Of a stretch of 64,000 bases of DNA, positions 61,801 to 64,000 are shown piece after piece (within the stretch, counting starts at the first letter, position 1; each line of letters starts with the position of its first letter). Location: the NCBI GenBank assembly GCA_964187785.1, contig OZ076409.1, positions 47,928,001 through 47,992,000 of the forward strand, written 5' to 3'. This stretch comes from Amphiscolops sp. MND2022. Lineage: Eukaryota. The notes beneath the pieces were generated by a model that saw only the letters and a list, made by a program, of their open reading frames with translations, did not search any database and was not told the DNA's origin. Made by a program: the position numbers and the translations under genes.

Positions 61801-62804
61801 GCTTGTAATACTTCAAATCGGGCAGCACTTGGAGCATAGTTATGGCTCTCAGTGTCTTTAACGACGTGTGGATTTGACACACAAATGGGTTTGTGATGCA
61901 CACGAGTCTCTATGAATGTTATCGCCAAAAACATCTTAACCTTCAATTAGCACCTATTAGCACCTACCTGAACCTCAAGTATAACACCTCTAATTAGTCT
62001 TCGAATTTTGAATTTCCTTTAACTTGACTCATTTATATACCTAATATACTGCAGAGGCAATCCGTTTAGTTTTGTACTTAATTAGCGCTCTTCAACTGTT
62101 CGACAAGTTTTCCTTCATTTCTTTTCGGCCATTTGTTATCTACGAGTTGTATTCGACGAGTTGTTTTCGGCGAGTTTCCGCGAACCGAAAAAGCCAGATA
62201 AGTACTAGAGAGTCCAAATTCGAATCGGTTTTGCGCTGGTTGGTGATTTTTTAGCTGTCACTGATTGAACTGCCGATTTTTAGCTCCAATGAAATAGTCT
62301 CCAAAATGTAATAAAACACTGAATTGTAATGTGAAATCGAACTGACATCAACTATTTCAATTGTGGTCATAAAAATGACAATTCTGATAAGCCTGAAATA
62401 GATTGACAATTTCTTTTCTGTGCTTTTAGCTGCTTTGTCGGTTAAATTTATTTTTTAAGGAGACCCTGCCTAAGGGAAGCAGCTGCCATCTCACTTTCGG
62501 GGGACATCACCCGGAAGGAGGTTTCCATCATTACCCCTACACTGCCCCCTCTACCCCCAGTATCTGATAACCCTCCGCCGCCACCCCCTCCTCCACCACT
62601 GGAAGCAGCCGATTGGTCATCAGGAGAACCAATAGCAGGCACGTTGTCTATATTGAAAGAATGAAAGTTGCTTCTGTTCTGACTGCTGTTCGGATTCGAG
62701 TGGTTAGATTCTGGAGTGGGGATTGACGATTCAATTATGACGTCAGGGGTCATATTGGAACAAAACCGGTGATGGTCGCTTGTCGGTGTCATTGAAAAGG
62801 CCAT
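40835..62804 (-). CDS. Host PLAC8/cornifelin-family gene with a low-complexity N-terminal extension. Probable exons: ~62465-62804 (tentative), 60755-60982, 60179-60379, 59366-59609, 43202-43447, 42341-42570, 41336-41603, ~40860-41066
   Basis: WGFQLWECFSDTKWCIITGFFPC and DCCIACLCSYCALCQMKQH are the two PLAC8 motifs; GT-AG junctions are phase compatible from 60982 to 41066; terminal exons uncertain (a further exon near 39380-39520 is possible). Confidence 0.75.
41641..42003. repeat. Near-perfect spacerless palindrome (~363 bp), intronic
   Basis: Centre CTT|AAG at 41823/41824; arms of 183 and 180 bp with few differences. Confidence 0.93.
43686..46011 (-). repeat. 3' LTR of element C (2326 bp), containing a copy of the Gag N-terminus (ATG at 44085, MSTTRSQKRK...)
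   Basis: TGTTACG...GTGACA on the plus strand; 43965-46011 is repeated at 56894-59057; TATA-like box at 44243-44250 and AATAAA at 44101-44106 (minus strand). Confidence 0.95.
45908..46654 (-). CDS. Accessory ORF of element C (248 aa from the first ATG; acidic, SIM-like LIDISSSSEED); ends 104 nt inside the 3' LTR
   Basis: Intact ORF in the same position and orientation as 8900-9646. Confidence 0.7.
   Translation of the reverse strand: MSNLMDIYELIDISSSSEEDGEITRSSTPLPKNNEKYPKIIVEILNSSAEATADEEEFLDLSLNSLETECKRMKLSESYTSFETNESGQYPQSESEEEIADTPESPDPSLNSDVFVVEKPCEEEMSSMTSSKVAEFIRQATEDDARSYFNSPRGPLRVWGEQGKESLNDLDEERGPAVMPPSRDKAVDSNVYELQYPFYQPRFPGRTIRPMTVALSQSAPGLGCECLRVGFGKGHGCTARFEKTYFNY
46804..47060. 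promoter_or_regulatory. Array of five GTCRAC-N5-GYTGAC-like dyads in the internal divergent spacer of element C
   Basis: Copies at 46807, 46872, 46923, 46987 and 47040. Confidence 0.65.
47118..51146 (+). CDS. Antisense spliced BED-finger/hAT-like gene of element C. Probable exons 47118-47234, 47362-47736, 47860-48105, ~48189-48814, 48925-49545, 49679-49760, 49895-51006 (likely original stop at 51146; frameshift near 50960)
   Basis: FCKICHRDVSMESRGASEFARHFFGKRH finger; LRKLWGSF vs LRNLWSRM; FKLCCL vs FKLSCL; three intron positions shared with the element A gene; the exon 4 acceptor is uncertain. Confidence 0.8.
51392..56327 (-). pseudogene. pol: pol of element C, frameshifted
   Basis: LVDSGA protease, YVDD RT, TDAS RNase H and integrase split across ORFs 54597-55973, 53969-54421, 53477-53818, 53142-53669 and 51392-53035. 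Confidence 0.95.
56318..56893 (-). pseudogene. gag: C-terminal remnant of gag of element C
   Basis: Two CCHC knuckles; ends ESKN with the A AAA AAC slippery site (56321-56327); the upstream part is deleted. Confidence 0.9.
56894..59057 (-). repeat. 5' LTR of element C, lacking its inner ~280 bp and the PBS
   Basis: Matches the 3' LTR only from 43965 onward and joins directly to mid-gag sequence. Confidence 0.92.
61142..62176. mobile_element. Probable non-autonomous DNA transposon remnant (~1 kb) with imperfect inverted termini
   Basis: AACTCGCCGAAAACAGCTCGTCGAA...GGAAAACTTGTCGAA at 61142-61191 is inverted at 62099-62176; no TSD identified. Confidence 0.45.
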
Positions 62805-64000
62805 TTGTAAAACACCCAACGAAACAAATAAATGAAAAGGGAATTCTGTGTTGAAAGACAAATGTATGTCGATTCTTTTCTATGCTGCTTTCATCTCTTG
62901 TCTGTTTTGGCGCAGGACATGGCGTTCACATGTTCACACAGGAATTCTGGAAGATTTATGGCCACAGGAAGAGAGAGTTGAGTTGGAATAATTGATTATG
63001 CAATTACAAATGTTTCCGGCACTGCGTTCATCTAAACACAATGAAAACAAACCAAAGTTGCGCAAAAATATCCCAGACTTGCATTAGAGACTAAAATTTA
63101 TTCAATTCCGCTCTAGCGACTTCACCTAACACTTTTACCATGCTATTTTTGTAAGATTTTAGTCTAGCTAGAATTCAGCAGAAAAACAACGACCCAAAAT
63201 TTGATGAACTCTACTTCATAACTTGATCCCACATTATTCCGAACACCAGTGAAATGATTTTGTATCATTTTTTGTAATTTGAACCCAGTAAAAGCTCTAG
63301 GCTTCGGAGAATTATAGAAACGCAAGTGCATTGAATTCGAGTTTCACGTTGCATACCAAATTAGATTTTTAATTCTGATAGACCAATTACTGTGATGCTC
63401 GCCATTAAATACCTGATGGATTTGAAATTCGAACCTTTTCTTGAGAAAAGACATTAGCATGCTCTCCCTTGTTGAAACTGCTTGAACTTTCCCTGGTTGA
63501 CCATCATGGCTATTTCATGGATATTCATCCATGATCATGGATTGTTCAACACATTACATACTTATTCATGGAAAAACATCGATGATTCATGGGAGAATGA
63601 CGCTTCATGGATTTTCATCCATGATTGTCATCCATGAATCATCTATGATTTGCCATGTTGAAAAATTCGTTCAAAGTAGGCAAAATTTTCTGTACGTGTA
63701 TCTTCCCATGAAATGGAGGTTTTTTGTTGTTTATTGTCGTTTTTGCTATTATTGGAATTTCAGGTTTACTTTTATGATAAAGTAGGATAGGTAGGATTTC
63801 AGGCCGCAAAATGGTAGGGTTTTCGCTTTTTGTGAGGCATTTTTTTAACTTCCTAATCAAAAACTTGGTATTATGGCCTCATTATTTTCATGATCAAAGA
63901 AACAAACACACACAGTATCTTCACAAACACAGTATAAGGACTTGGGTAATACTCTGCAAGCTCTGCTTGCAGAGAACCTAGAAAGTCCGACATCTTGGAA

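Noticed and set aside
61318..61903. Possible MULE transposase remnant inside the inverted-repeat element
   Set aside because: Resemblance (GGFFN vs GCxFH) is too weak to support without a search

Overview
AT-rich animal (invertebrate-like) genomic DNA, about 74% of it in three ~15-16 kb Ty3/Gypsy LTR retrotransposons, each with TG...CA termini and a 5-bp target-site duplication. Element A (7143-23449, minus strand, TSD ATCAG) looks intact and very young. Element C (43686-59057, minus strand, TSD ACTAC) is a decayed, divergent relative. A and C share an unusual layout: gag starts inside the 5' LTR; pol follows by a -1 frameshift; an ANTISENSE, intron-containing gene encodes a BED-type zinc-finger protein that looks like a catalytically degenerate hAT transposase; a divergent internal spacer carries family-specific dyad motifs that also recur in the LTR; and a 248-aa acidic ORF with a SUMO-interacting-like motif runs into the 3' LTR where a polypurine tract would normally be. 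This accessory module is the best candidate for an undescribed system. Element B (23631-39190, plus strand, TSD GAAGT) is a decayed env-bearing, errantivirus-like element with 3.1-kb LTRs, a tRNA-Asn-type PBS and a TARG1/OARD1-like macrodomain inside pol. A host PLAC8/cornifelin-family gene (minus strand, about 40.8-62.8 kb) carries element C in one intron and a 363-bp palindrome in another. All homology calls are by-eye motif recognition; no searches were run.
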